A stretch of DNA of 64,000 bases. Origin: an uncultured candidatus Porisulfidus sp. Its GTDB lineage: Bacteria > Pseudomonadota > Gammaproteobacteria > Poriferisulfidales > Oxydemutatoraceae. The DNA lies in the NCBI GenBank assembly GCA_965215125.1, contig OZ244052.1, positions 2,156,707 to 2,220,706 on the forward strand, in the 5' to 3' direction. How positions within the stretch are numbered: the first letter of the stretch is position 1; the number at the start of each line of letters is the position of its first letter. The translations under genes were made by a program, and so were the position numbers. Shown here in pieces: positions 49,820 to 59,653 of the stretch. The notes under the pieces are model-generated. The model searched no databases, was not told the DNA's origin, and saw nothing but the letters and a program-made list of their open reading frames with translations.

Positions 49820-50953
49820 ATGCTACAACAAGAAGGAAAATATCTATACTTTGCCTATAATATCTACGCCGGTTTGGATGACCAAATCACTATTCTAGAG
49901 TTGATGATAACGGCAGCATTATCTTTGCAAAGAATTCTTATTGTCAAAGACACCGAAACCGCTTATCAACATAGAACAAGCAAGAAATATATTCCCTTTG
50001 ATTGGGCTCGTTATGTTGATTTAGCACAAACAAAAATAGCGGAGATAATGGCCGACGGAAGCATTAAAGAAATCAAATCTACTTTTTGTTGGGTCTATGA
50101 AAAAGATTTTAATTTCAAAGAGTATGCTTCGGAACAGATACATTATATAGATGGTGATCGATTATACGACTCGGAAAACGAACACTACTCGGTGCTTTAT
50201 GTTTCAAAGATCCAAATAGCAAGGACTAAAAGAAATAGGGAAACTCTAAAGGCTCAAGGCATAACAATTGCCTGGTATTACGATCTTATATATAAGGCAG
50301 CCTATCATGTATCGTTATCGCCCTCCTCTAGAGTAGATGAACTAAGCGATAGGGTGCTGAAGCAATTCGGTACCGATAGGCAAAGTAGCAACTACATCCA
50401 GACGGTCATCAATTTCAAGACCAGACTCAAAAGACACGACTTCCAGTTAAACTATTATATTTGTATGCATATCAGAGCTCAAGACAAAGCATTACTCGAC
50501 AAAAACCATTATTATGCAATGCAAAAAAAACAAATAGAATATATCGTTAAAACGGTTAGCAATATGCATCGTAATATACCTATTTATATTATGTCGGATA
50601 TAGGGGTAGTAAGTTATTTCGATTTTTTGAAGCCTAAATATAAAATATATACTTATCAAGATTTCCCCGTCTTGAAAGAACTGTTTGATTCAGAAGAAAA
50701 TCCTGTGGATCATAATTTACTCTACGCCGTAGAAAAAAATATTATGAAATACGCTTTGGTTAAAATTTTCTCGCCCGGTAGAAATAGACTAAGATTGGAT
50801 ACCGATGCTTCTTATGAAATTCCAGCGCATATCAGTCAGTCCTTCGATGCTTCCTTCATAAAACGTATGATAAAGTATAAAGCTACATCGTATATGAATA
50901 CATTAGATAAGGTAATTATAAAACTGAAGAGTAGATTCCGCAGGCAGATATAA
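49820..50953 (+). CDS. Hypothetical protein, O-fucosyltransferase-like GT-B enzyme
   Basis: AGLDDQ...AALSLQRILIV, YICMHIRAQD and IYIMSD match the GxxNQ..A..L.R.LV / H.R..D / YIAxD pattern of GDP-fucose-dependent transferases. Confidence 0.55.
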   Translation: MLQQEGKYLYFAYNIYAGLDDQITILELMITAALSLQRILIVKDTETAYQHRTSKKYIPFDWARYVDLAQTKIAEIMADGSIKEIKSTFCWVYEKDFNFKEYASEQIHYIDGDRLYDSENEHYSVLYVSKIQIARTKRNRETLKAQGITIAWYYDLIYKAAYHVSLSPSSRVDELSDRVLKQFGTDRQSSNYIQTVINFKTRLKRHDFQLNYYICMHIRAQDKALLDKNHYYAMQKKQIEYIVKTVSNMHRNIPIYIMSDIGVVSYFDFLKPKYKIYTYQDFPVLKELFDSEENPVDHNLLYAVEKNIMKYALVKIFSPGRNRLRLDTDASYEIPAHISQSFDASFIKRMIKYKATSYMNTLDKVIIKLKSRFRRQI

Positions 50954-50977
50954 AACGGCTAAATAAATTACAGTTCA

Positions 50978-51544
50978 TTAATCGTTTTTAGTCAACACAC
51001 GAAGTCTGGCGACCAATTTAGAACTCAAATCCTGATTTATAAATGCCAAAGCCCGTTTTTTTTCGTTCATACTAATAGATACATTTTGCGGGTAATAAGC
51101 ATAGCTCGCTTCGGATTGTATTGATTGCATAGCGTATTTTTGTTTTGATTCATCGATATTTATGACAACCTGAAAATCAATTTGAGCTATTAGCAAGTAT
51201 TCACGAACTTTTGCATCGTCGCCTAGGGTGATCGCATGCTTCTTGATTTTCCGGTTTTTTATGACAATTCCTGCTGTTGCCGATTGCGGTTCTACGACTT
51301 TCATGCCGTATCCGAGTAAATCGTTTTTTAGTTGTATTCTGAAAGCATCGTATCTAGGTGCGCCTTCTATAGAGATATTTTTTAATAATGGCGAAAATAA
51401 TTGCGCTTTATCGTCGCTACCGCTTAGACGATAACTGCAACTTGCAACGAGTGTGATTGCAATCGTCACCGATAATATCGCTACGGCAGAACGAACACGG
51501 TATTCGTTAACGGCACACAAAGTTAATAATTTTATCTTTGACAT
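50978..51544 (-). CDS. lptE: LPS assembly lipoprotein LptE (start uncertain)
   Basis: Lipobox VASC followed by SYRLSG, VREYLL; directly after leuS. Confidence 0.8.
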   Translation of the reverse strand: MSKIKLLTLCAVNEYRVRSAVAILSVTIAITLVASCSYRLSGSDDKAQLFSPLLKNISIEGAPRYDAFRIQLKNDLLGYGMKVVEPQSATAGIVIKNRKIKKHAITLGDDAKVREYLLIAQIDFQVVINIDESKQKYAMQSIQSEASYAYYPQNVSISMNEKKRALAFINQDLSSKLVARLRVLTKND

Positions 51545-54086
51545 AAATGACTTTGGATGTTGCCATTTTATTCAAATATTTTTTAATTTTAGCGTCGGAG
51601 AGTGCCAATTCTTTTACGGTTGCTTCGCTACTGTCGCGCACAACATTTAATTTTGCTCTTAACTTACCGTTGATTTGCACTATCACTTCGCATCTATCGG
51701 TCTGTAATAGTTCCTTCTTATAATCAGGCCATCGGCAATCTATCAAAGGTGTGTCATGCCCCAAGCATTGCCATAAATGATGCATAATATGTGGTGTGAT
51801 CGGGGATAGCATTTTGATAATTGCCTCAAATGCTTCGCGTTTTAGGCTATATGCTTGTGGCGATGGATCGTTGAACTTCGATAGTGCATTACTCAATTCC
51901 ATGTTTGCGGCGATTGCGGTATTAAAAGACTGACGTCTATCGTAATCGTCGCTCACTTTAGCGATTGTTTTATGAATTAGATGTTGTATTTTGCTAAATT
52001 CGGTGTCGTTTACGGTAGCTCCTGCAACGGGTTCGGTTTGTATGTGTATATTGATCTGCTTCCACAGACGTTTCAAAAAGCGATGTGCACCTTCGACACC
52101 GGAATCCGACCATTCCAAAGATTGGGTGGGCGGTGCGGCAAACATGACGAATAGGCGTACGGTATCGGCACCGTATTTTTCAATCAACTGATCGGGATCC
52201 ACGATATTACCTTTAGATTTGGACATTTTAACGCCGTCTTTGAGCACCATGCCTTGCGTCAATAGGCGTTTGAACGGTTCATTTTTACGATGGTCGGGAA
52301 TATTCTCCAATAGTCCCAAATCTCTCATCAAACGATGAAAAAAACGCGCATAAAGCAAGTGTAATATCGCATGTTCTATACCGCCTACATATTGGTCTAC
52401 CGGTAGCCAGTATGCCGCCTCTTCATTTAGCATTGCATCGTCGCAATCGGGGCACGCAAAACGCGCATAATACCAACTGGACTCTATAAAAGTATCAAAA
52501 GTATCGGTCTCACGCTTACTATATGTATTGTCCAATCGGTAAAACTCAGGCCTCCGGGATAATGGTAATATACTCTCAAGTGATTGCTTCTCCGATGACC
52601 TCGCGGTAGACTCTTCAAGGTTTAATGCAAAATCATTTTTGAAGAATTTAACGGTCTCGGTCAACGAATCGGCTCCTTCCGGGATTGCCGACGGCAATAA
52701 AACCGGTAGTTCCCCATCATCGGTAGCTTTGAGTTCATCGCTTATATATTCAACGGGTATAGGTACTCCCCAATATCTCTGTCGCGATATACACCAATCT
52801 TTTAAGCGATATTGCACGGTCTCCTTTCCTTTACCTATGGCTTTTAGATCTTTCAATATCGCCTCGAAGGTTTGTTGATAATTCATGCCGTCGTATTTTC
52901 CGGAGTTGCATACGATGCCGTAATCGGTAAAGGCTTCATACTCTAATGTGGAGACGGAATCATCGTCGGTAGCTTTGATAACTTGCTTTATCGCTAACCC
53001 ATACTTTTTAGCAAACTCCCAGTCTCTCTGATCGTGTGCCGGCACCGACATAATCGCCCCGGAACCGTATTCCATTAAGACAAAATTAGCACACCAAATC
53101 GGGAGAGATTCTCCGGTGATCGGATGATCGGCGCGCAAACCCGTATCCACACCTTTTTTCTCGTAAGTCATCGCACTTGCTTCCGCCGTAGGTCGGCGGC
53201 GACATTCGGCTATCAATTCGTCAAGTTCAAAACGATTAGCCGTTGCCAGTAGCAAAACCGGATGTTCGGCCGCGACAGCCAAATAACTTGCACCCATTAG
53301 AGTATCGGGTCGGGTTGTAAAGACATCTAAGTGCCCGGGATAATCACTTAGATCAAAGCGGATATTGATGCCTCGGGAACGGCCGATCCAATTACGTTGC
53401 ATTTGCTTGACTCGTTCGGGCCAACCATCCAATTCATCCAAGCCTTCCAATAGCTCTTCGGCGTAATTTTCTATTTTCAAATACCATTGAGAGATTTTTT
53501 TTCGCTCTATCGGAGCACCCGATCGCCAACCCTTACCATCTACGACCTGCTCGTTGGCTAATACCGTTTGGTCTACGGGATCCCAATTTATCCAACCCTC
53601 TTTACGATAGGCAATTCCTTTTTCCAGAAGTTTAGTAAAAAACCACTGTTCCCAACGGTAATAGCCGGGATCGCACGTTGCCAATTCTCTGTTCCAGTCG
53701 TACGCCAAGCCCAATCGCTTTAATTGAGTGCGCATGCGGGTGATATTATCGTGCGTCCACTCGGCCGGTGAAGCATCGCTTTGTTGCGCAGCGTTTTCGG
53801 CAGGTAAACCGAATGCATCCCATCCCATAGGCTGCAGGACATTCTTGCCGAGCATGCGCTGGTAGCGGCTGATTGCATCGGCAATGGTGTAATTTCTGAG
53901 ATGCCCTATATGTAAGCGTCCGCTTGGATACGGAAACATCGCTAAACAATAGAATTTTTCTCGTTTAGGATCCGCCGTTACATTGAAGCAGTGATTTTGA
54001 TGCCAAAATTTCTGGGCTTCCGTCTCCAATTTATCTGCATCATAAGATTCTATGTCATTTATCGACGCGCCCATAGTTGTCCTCAT
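51507..54086 (-). CDS. leuS: Leucyl-tRNA synthetase
   Basis: MFPYPSG.LHIGH, FTTRPDT editing domain, SRQRYWG, KMSKS. Confidence 0.98.
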   Translation of the reverse strand: MRTTMGASINDIESYDADKLETEAQKFWHQNHCFNVTADPKREKFYCLAMFPYPSGRLHIGHLRNYTIADAISRYQRMLGKNVLQPMGWDAFGLPAENAAQQSDASPAEWTHDNITRMRTQLKRLGLAYDWNRELATCDPGYYRWEQWFFTKLLEKGIAYRKEGWINWDPVDQTVLANEQVVDGKGWRSGAPIERKKISQWYLKIENYAEELLEGLDELDGWPERVKQMQRNWIGRSRGINIRFDLSDYPGHLDVFTTRPDTLMGASYLAVAAEHPVLLLATANRFELDELIAECRRRPTAEASAMTYEKKGVDTGLRADHPITGESLPIWCANFVLMEYGSGAIMSVPAHDQRDWEFAKKYGLAIKQVIKATDDDSVSTLEYEAFTDYGIVCNSGKYDGMNYQQTFEAILKDLKAIGKGKETVQYRLKDWCISRQRYWGVPIPVEYISDELKATDDGELPVLLPSAIPEGADSLTETVKFFKNDFALNLEESTARSSEKQSLESILPLSRRPEFYRLDNTYSKRETDTFDTFIESSWYYARFACPDCDDAMLNEEAAYWLPVDQYVGGIEHAILHLLYARFFHRLMRDLGLLENIPDHRKNEPFKRLLTQGMVLKDGVKMSKSKGNIVDPDQLIEKYGADTVRLFVMFAAPPTQSLEWSDSGVEGAHRFLKRLWKQINIHIQTEPVAGATVNDTEFSKIQHLIHKTIAKVSDDYDRRQSFNTAIAANMELSNALSKFNDPSPQAYSLKREAFEAIIKMLSPITPHIMHHLWQCLGHDTPLIDCRWPDYKKELLQTDRCEVIVQINGKLRAKLNVVRDSSEATVKELALSDAKIKKYLNKMATSKVIYVKDKIINFVCR

Positions 54087-55524
54087 AACGTGTAATATCG
54101 TCCTCTCCTAAATAATTACCACACTGTACTTCTATCAAATGCAGGGATTCGGTCGCGCTTTCGTTTTCCAGTCTATGTTTTGCACCGATCGGAATATAAA
54201 CCGATTGGTTGACTTGTAAGTCAAGCACTTCGTCGTCCAGGGTCACTCTAGCTTTTCCTTTGACGATTACCCAATGCTCGGCCCTGTATCGATGACTTTG
54301 TAACGATAATTTATGTCCCGGTTTGACGATAATTCGCTTGACTTGGAAATTTGTCCCTCGGTCTATCGATTCATAAGACCCCCACGGACGATATACTTTT
54401 GCGTGTAAATCGCTCTCGATATATTTACTCTTCCTAAGTTTATCGACCAGTTGTTTGATTTCTTGTGCTCGCGAGCGATCGGCAACGAGTATGGCATCCT
54501 TGGTTTCTGCGATCAATTGATTCTTTATCCCTAAGCATGCTACGAGTCTGCTGCCGGCATAGACAATATTATTTCTGGAGTCTTGGATAACAATATCACC
54601 ATCGCCGCTTACCGCGTTCTTGCTACTGTCGATGTCTTGAATTTCCGATAATGCTTGCCATGTACCTAGGTCCGACCAATGGACATTCAAGGGACATAGA
54701 CGGATATTATTAACCTGCTCCATAATGGCATAATCTATAGATATATTAGGGCTTTGACAAAAATACTTAAGATTAGGATTAACAACATAATAATTATCGA
54801 TAATCGCTTGTTTACCCTCGGATAGTGCTTTTTCACCGGCTTTGTAGATATCCGCTTGATGACATTGTAAAGCCGATAAATAATGATCGGTTTTGATGAG
54901 AAAAATACCACTATTCCAGTAATATGATCCGGTTTTAATATATTTTTCGGCATCTTTTAGTTTCGGTTTTTCTATAAATTTAAGGACACTGGCGAGCTGT
55001 TTATTCGATAGCGTCTTTTTATTGTTTGCTTGTGCTGTTTCATTTGCTACTTCTATGTAGCCATAACCGGTTTCGGCTCGTGTAGGTTGAATACCGAAAG
55101 TGATAAAATCATTTGCCGTCGCCGAGATTAATTCATCATCGATATAGTCGCTAAAACCCTCTTCTTTCATATAGTGATCCGAAGGCAGTATCAACATGGC
55201 ACTGTCGCTAAAGTGCGAGCGTAACCAAAAAGCTGCCAGTGCAATTGCCGGTGCGGTGTTATGCGATGCGGGTTCGGCAATAACGGTACAATTTTTTATT
55301 CCTATTGCGTGCAAGTGTTCTAAAGCCATAAAACGATGTTCGTCATTGCAAACCACAACGACATGTTGCGGATGCAAAGGCATAATTCGCTCAACCGTAA
55401 GAGTGAATAGGCTTTTGTTATCGAATAACGGGATAAATTGTTTAGGATAATGATGGCGGGATAGCGGCCATAAGCGAGTGCCGGCACCGCCGCTTAAGAT
55501 AACCGGTATACATTTTGTATTCAT
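54055..55524 (-). CDS. manC: Mannose-1-phosphate guanylyltransferase / mannose-6-phosphate isomerase
   Basis: GGAGTRLWPLSR..YPKQF, WNSG, SIDYA.ME, C-terminal cupin RPWGSY...HRAEHW-like motif. Confidence 0.94.
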   Translation of the reverse strand: MNTKCIPVILSGGAGTRLWPLSRHHYPKQFIPLFDNKSLFTLTVERIMPLHPQHVVVVCNDEHRFMALEHLHAIGIKNCTVIAEPASHNTAPAIALAAFWLRSHFSDSAMLILPSDHYMKEEGFSDYIDDELISATANDFITFGIQPTRAETGYGYIEVANETAQANNKKTLSNKQLASVLKFIEKPKLKDAEKYIKTGSYYWNSGIFLIKTDHYLSALQCHQADIYKAGEKALSEGKQAIIDNYYVVNPNLKYFCQSPNISIDYAIMEQVNNIRLCPLNVHWSDLGTWQALSEIQDIDSSKNAVSGDGDIVIQDSRNNIVYAGSRLVACLGIKNQLIAETKDAILVADRSRAQEIKQLVDKLRKSKYIESDLHAKVYRPWGSYESIDRGTNFQVKRIIVKPGHKLSLQSHRYRAEHWVIVKGKARVTLDDEVLDLQVNQSVYIPIGAKHRLENESATESLHLIEVQCGNYLGEDDITRYEDNYGRVDK

Positions 55525-55526
55525 CG

Positions 55527-57029
55527 TTATAGTTTTTTTTCGGCTCTATTCGTGCGTAAATTAAAAAAGTAAGCGATGAGCAACGATACCACAATCAAAA
55601 CGAGTATGGGGATGTTGCGCCATTGTGCATAAGGTGTAAGCCCTGCTCTTATTGCGATATCGTAACTAATCGTGCCTATTTCAAATAATTCACTGTATTC
55701 AACGATACGGCCCCGATGATCTATTATCGCAGAAATACCGGTATTAGTGGCACGCACCATAAATCTTTCGTTTTCAGCTGCGCGTACACGCGCCATTTGC
55801 AACATCTGATAAGGTGCCGAAGAGTCACCGAACCATGAATCGTTGCTGATATTGACCAAGAAATCAGCCATCGGCAAGCTGTCGGTAATATCGTCTGCAA
55901 AAGCAACTTCGTAGCAAATAGAAACACCTGCGGTATAATCCGACACATTCAAAATCGGTTTCATATCTGCCGAATGTAAATCCGACATAGGAATTATAAT
56001 CCACTTTGAAAACACTTCAAAGAGAGTTCGCATCGGGATGTATTCACCGAAAGGCACTAATCTTCGTTTATGGTAAAAGCGATTGTCGTTGATATTCATC
56101 AGGCTATTATAACGCTTGCCGAGTTCCTTATCTCGGTAAAAAATACCCGTCATTAGCACGGTGTTATTTTTATCGAATTGCTCGCGCATGAATGTAATTT
56201 TTTTATCGAGCATATCGGCATAAATCGGAATTGCCGTTTCCGGCCATAGAATTAAATCACTATCGGTTTGCCGTGCGCTTAGGCTCAAGTATCGGTTCAT
56301 CAACTTTTCAAAATAAGGTTTGTCAAACTTTAATTTTTGAGGGATATTCGCTTGTATAACCGATGTTTTTAAGCTGTCGGCGGTCGCTTGCGTCCATTCT
56401 ATAGCTTGTAGTGCAGCCGTTGTCGATAAAAATACAACTAGAAACGAACTTAAAACTACTTTACCGCGACTTTTTAGTTTGAAAAAATAAACAATGCTTC
56501 CTGCGCAAATTACCGCGAATGCACTGCCACCCAAGATACCGAATATCGGCAAAATACCGCGCCACGGTGAATCCACCAGAGCCTGCCCCAGTAAATTCCA
56601 CGGGAACCCGACAAACAATATACTTCGCCCCCATTCCATTGCAATCCATAATGCCGGAAATATCAGCAAATAAATGCACAGTTCGTGATAACGACGATAA
56701 TACGACATTAGACTTGCGAGTAAGGCAAAAAACAAGGATAGAATGGCAGCGAGCAAAACTGCCGATAATGCGGCAAGAAACATCGGGGCTTGTCCGTAAT
56801 CGTGCAAACTATAATAAATCCAATAACTGCTTCCCAGCGAATAACTAAAGCCGAACAAGTATCCGAGTTTGAATGCTTGCTTAGGAGGATTCCTCAGCCA
56901 ACCGGGCAATACCGAAGCGAGTGCCAAAATAGCGACAGGATACCAGGACCAAGGAGCAAATGCTAAGATAATCAAAGCACCTGAGCCGATATTTAAGATG
57001 CCCAAAAGTAGCATGGTGGATTTCTGCAA
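55527..57029 (-). CDS. lnt: Apolipoprotein N-acyltransferase
   Basis: GFPW, WPETA, KRRLVPFGEY, ICYE, SNDSWF, RATNTGIS. Confidence 0.97.
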   Translation of the reverse strand: MQKSTMLLLGILNIGSGALIILAFAPWSWYPVAILALASVLPGWLRNPPKQAFKLGYLFGFSYSLGSSYWIYYSLHDYGQAPMFLAALSAVLLAAILSLFFALLASLMSYYRRYHELCIYLLIFPALWIAMEWGRSILFVGFPWNLLGQALVDSPWRGILPIFGILGGSAFAVICAGSIVYFFKLKSRGKVVLSSFLVVFLSTTAALQAIEWTQATADSLKTSVIQANIPQKLKFDKPYFEKLMNRYLSLSARQTDSDLILWPETAIPIYADMLDKKITFMREQFDKNNTVLMTGIFYRDKELGKRYNSLMNINDNRFYHKRRLVPFGEYIPMRTLFEVFSKWIIIPMSDLHSADMKPILNVSDYTAGVSICYEVAFADDITDSLPMADFLVNISNDSWFGDSSAPYQMLQMARVRAAENERFMVRATNTGISAIIDHRGRIVEYSELFEIGTISYDIAIRAGLTPYAQWRNIPILVLIVVSLLIAYFFNLRTNRAEKKL

Positions 57030-57039
57030 TTATGATTTT

Positions 57040-57255
57040 ATGGGGCTATTGAAAAAGTATCCATAAATCGGAGGGCGGACATCAAAATTGCCGATTGACC
57101 TACTGGCTCAATAACCATACGGCGCAAGCGGTTTCAGTCGTGCAGAACGGTACTTTAGGGCAGACATATAAGTCTGCCCCTACAGGTGGTTTACAAATAT
57201 TCACGGCGCAAGCAGTTGTAATTGTGCAAAACAGCACTTTTTCAACAGTCCCCAT
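57040..57255. mobile_element. Non-autonomous MITE-like element with nested REPs
   Basis: Terminal inverted repeats ATGGGGCTATTGAAAAAGT (57040-57058) and ACTTTTTCAACAGTCCCCAT (57236-57255); internal 37 bp imperfect direct repeats (57119-57155, 57203-57239); no transposase. Confidence 0.65.
57158..57183 (-). repeat. GTAG-class REP palindrome
   Basis: Minus strand GTAG-GGGCAGAC-TTATAT-GTCTGCCC. Confidence 0.7.
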
Positions 57256-57347
57256 ATTAATCCGCCCACCCCTACCGGTTCAATCGGCAGTTTTTGCATT
57301 TCATGATGTATATTTTATCCAAAACGCCGAAGTTCTATACACTGTCA

Positions 57348-57376
57348 CGCCGATTGACCTACCGGCTCAATCGGCG
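57348..57376 (-). repeat. Repeated hairpin, same family as 21471-21499; partial copies at 57090-57112 and 57271-57288
   Basis: CGCCGATTGA-CCTACCGGC-TCAATCGGCG, a perfect 10 bp stem directly after the corC stop. Confidence 0.75.
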
Positions 57377-57378
57377 AT

Positions 57379-58191
57379 TCAATTGATTCGCCTAACATCC
57401 AATAACTCGGCTCTACGCATATTCGCTTTACTTACTTTGAGCAACAGCCCTTCTATCTCTACACTCTCGTCCCGATTAGGGATATGCCCTAATTGTTCCA
57501 TCACCATGCCGCCTATAGTCGTTTTTTTGGTGCACACTTTAACCGTAAAGTAGCGATTGAAATAGTCTATGGGCGTAAATGCCTTCACTGAATAACTTTG
57601 ATCGCCGCGGTTATATATATAATGCTCGTGTTGTGCATCGTGTTCGTCGCTGATATCACCGACAATCTGCTCCAGCACATCTTCTATGGTTACCAGACCG
57701 CAAACTCCGCCGTATTCGTCAACTACAATCGCCATATGATGACGGTTCTTTCGAAATTCCGCCAGCAAAACATTCAAGCGCTTACTATCCGGTATGATTA
57801 CCGGTTGCCTGATAATATCATCGAGGTTCAGCTTGCCTTGTCGGTCTTTTAATGCCGGTAATAAATCCTTTGCAAGTAAAATACCTTTGATATCGTCCAA
57901 ATCGTCGTTGCTGACCGGAAATCGAGAGTGTCCGCTACTAATTACGGTATCCATAATATCTTCCAAATCGGATTTATAGGAAATACAGATCATCTTTGAT
58001 CTAGGGACCATCACTTCTCGTACATGCATCTCGCCGACATCGAATATTCCCTTGACCATAGATAGCGTATTGGCATTCAATAAATGTTGCTTATCCGCTT
58101 GTTTCAATACTTCTATCGCAGCAGATAAATCTTTGGATTTTCTGACCAGTAAATTTTTAAATAATGTAATGTACGGTTCTATCTTGTTCAT
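57379..58191 (-). CDS. corC: CBS-domain Mg/Co transport-associated protein CorC
   Basis: MVPRSKM, HSRFPV, VDEYGGVCGLVTIEDVLEQIVGDI; ybeY-corC-lnt order. Confidence 0.93.
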   Translation of the reverse strand: MNKIEPYITLFKNLLVRKSKDLSAAIEVLKQADKQHLLNANTLSMVKGIFDVGEMHVREVMVPRSKMICISYKSDLEDIMDTVISSGHSRFPVSNDDLDDIKGILLAKDLLPALKDRQGKLNLDDIIRQPVIIPDSKRLNVLLAEFRKNRHHMAIVVDEYGGVCGLVTIEDVLEQIVGDISDEHDAQHEHYIYNRGDQSYSVKAFTPIDYFNRYFTVKVCTKKTTIGGMVMEQLGHIPNRDESVEIEGLLLKVSKANMRRAELLDVRRIN

Positions 58192-58217
58192 TCGGTTCTC
58201 CTATTCAAGTCCTTTAG

Positions 58218-58673
58218 TTAATCGCACGACCAAGGATCGGAAAAGCCCAAAGTAGTCATAATCTTGCTCTCTTGCGCTCTCATTTTATGAGCCACTATAT
58301 CGTCATCGTGTCTGTAGCCTCGTAGATGCAAAAGCGCGTGTATGAATAGATGTGCCCAATGCGAAAGTAGCGGTTTATTCTGTTCTCGTGCTTCTCGCAC
58401 GATAACCGATGCGGTCATCAGTATATCTCCCAGATAGTTTTGTGCCTCGGAAGCATGCGTCGTGAACGGAAACGATAATACATTCGTTGCATAATCTTTA
58501 TGACAATATTGCCGGTTGTAGCGTCTTCCCTCCGCACTACCGACGATACGTACCCCGACCTCGGCGGATGGGTAGATAGTCGCTGCCGCCCAGTGCCTAA
58601 AGTTTTTATTATCGGGAACTTCGGATGAGTTGCAACTCTCCGATTCAATTTGGATGTTTACACGAGGCATCAT
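58218..58673 (-). CDS. ybeY: rRNA maturation endoribonuclease YbeY
   Basis: ATNVLSFP, HLFIHALLHLRGYRH. Confidence 0.93.
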   Translation of the reverse strand: MMPRVNIQIESESCNSSEVPDNKNFRHWAAATIYPSAEVGVRIVGSAEGRRYNRQYCHKDYATNVLSFPFTTHASEAQNYLGDILMTASVIVREAREQNKPLLSHWAHLFIHALLHLRGYRHDDDIVAHKMRAQESKIMTTLGFSDPWSCD

Positions 58674-58675
58674 GG

Positions 58676-59635
58676 TTATGAGCCTCGCTCCTTATATGCG
58701 TCTATTATTTTACGTACCAGTGGGTGGCGTACGATATCGTCGGCTTCTAAGCTATTGATTGCAATACCCGGTATATCTTTTAGCAACGGCAAAGCATGCA
58801 CAAAGCCCGATTTTTGCGCCTTGGGTAAATCTATCTGCGTTATATCACCGGCGACTACACTTTTGGACCCGAAACTGATGCGTGTCAAAAACATCTTCAT
58901 CTGTTCAATCGTTGTGTTTTGAGCCTCGTCTAAAATAATAAAAGCATTGGTCAAGGAGCGTCCGCGCATATACGCAAGCGGTGCAATTTCTATGGTACCG
59001 TCCTCTATCAAGCGGTTTGCTTTATTCGCACCTATAAATTCATGCAGTGCATCGTACACCGGTCTCAAATAAGGGTCTATTTTTTGTGATAAATCGCCGG
59101 GTAAAAAACCTAAATTTTCTCCTGCTTCCACTACCGGTCTAACTAAAATCAGTTTATCGACGACACCGTAATCTAAAGTTTCTACGGCTTTGGCAACAGC
59201 GAGGTAGGTTTTACCGGTGCCGGCCGGACCGAAGACCAAATTCAAGTCGTTCCGATTCATATTCCGTATGTACAGACGCTGATGATTTCCTTGCGCCTTA
59301 ATTTTCTTTTGTTTAGTTTTGATTTCGACGGGATCTGCCTCGAAATTATTATTAATTTCCGCTATGGAACTTTGCTGTAGACTGATAAAAATATCGTTTA
59401 TCGTCAATTCTTTATCGGCTTTGCTATAGAGTTGTTTTAATAGATGGGCTGCAACTTGCCGAGAAGCTCGTTTTCCGCGAATGGCAAACTCGTTACCGTG
59501 ATGACTGATGCGCACTCCACAATGTCGCTCGAGTTGTTGAATGTGCTCGTTTAAGGGACCGCAGAGGCTGGCAATTTTTGAAAGGTTGGCAGGTTCTAGT
59601 ATAACAAGATCCGCACTACCCGATTGAACGTCCAA
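58676..59635 (-). CDS. ybeZ: PhoH-like ATPase
   Basis: GPAGTGKTYLA, GFLPGDL, LAYMRGRSL, DEAQN. Confidence 0.95.
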   Translation of the reverse strand: MDVQSGSADLVILEPANLSKIASLCGPLNEHIQQLERHCGVRISHHGNEFAIRGKRASRQVAAHLLKQLYSKADKELTINDIFISLQQSSIAEINNNFEADPVEIKTKQKKIKAQGNHQRLYIRNMNRNDLNLVFGPAGTGKTYLAVAKAVETLDYGVVDKLILVRPVVEAGENLGFLPGDLSQKIDPYLRPVYDALHEFIGANKANRLIEDGTIEIAPLAYMRGRSLTNAFIILDEAQNTTIEQMKMFLTRISFGSKSVVAGDITQIDLPKAQKSGFVHALPLLKDIPGIAINSLEADDIVRHPLVRKIIDAYKERGS

Positions 59636-59653
59636 AGGCTTTTATAATCTCCT

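Noticed and set aside
57095-57553. 152 aa plus-strand ORF with a repeated TAQAV.VVQN
   Set aside because: Half is antisense to corC and half is a translation of the MITE direct repeats.
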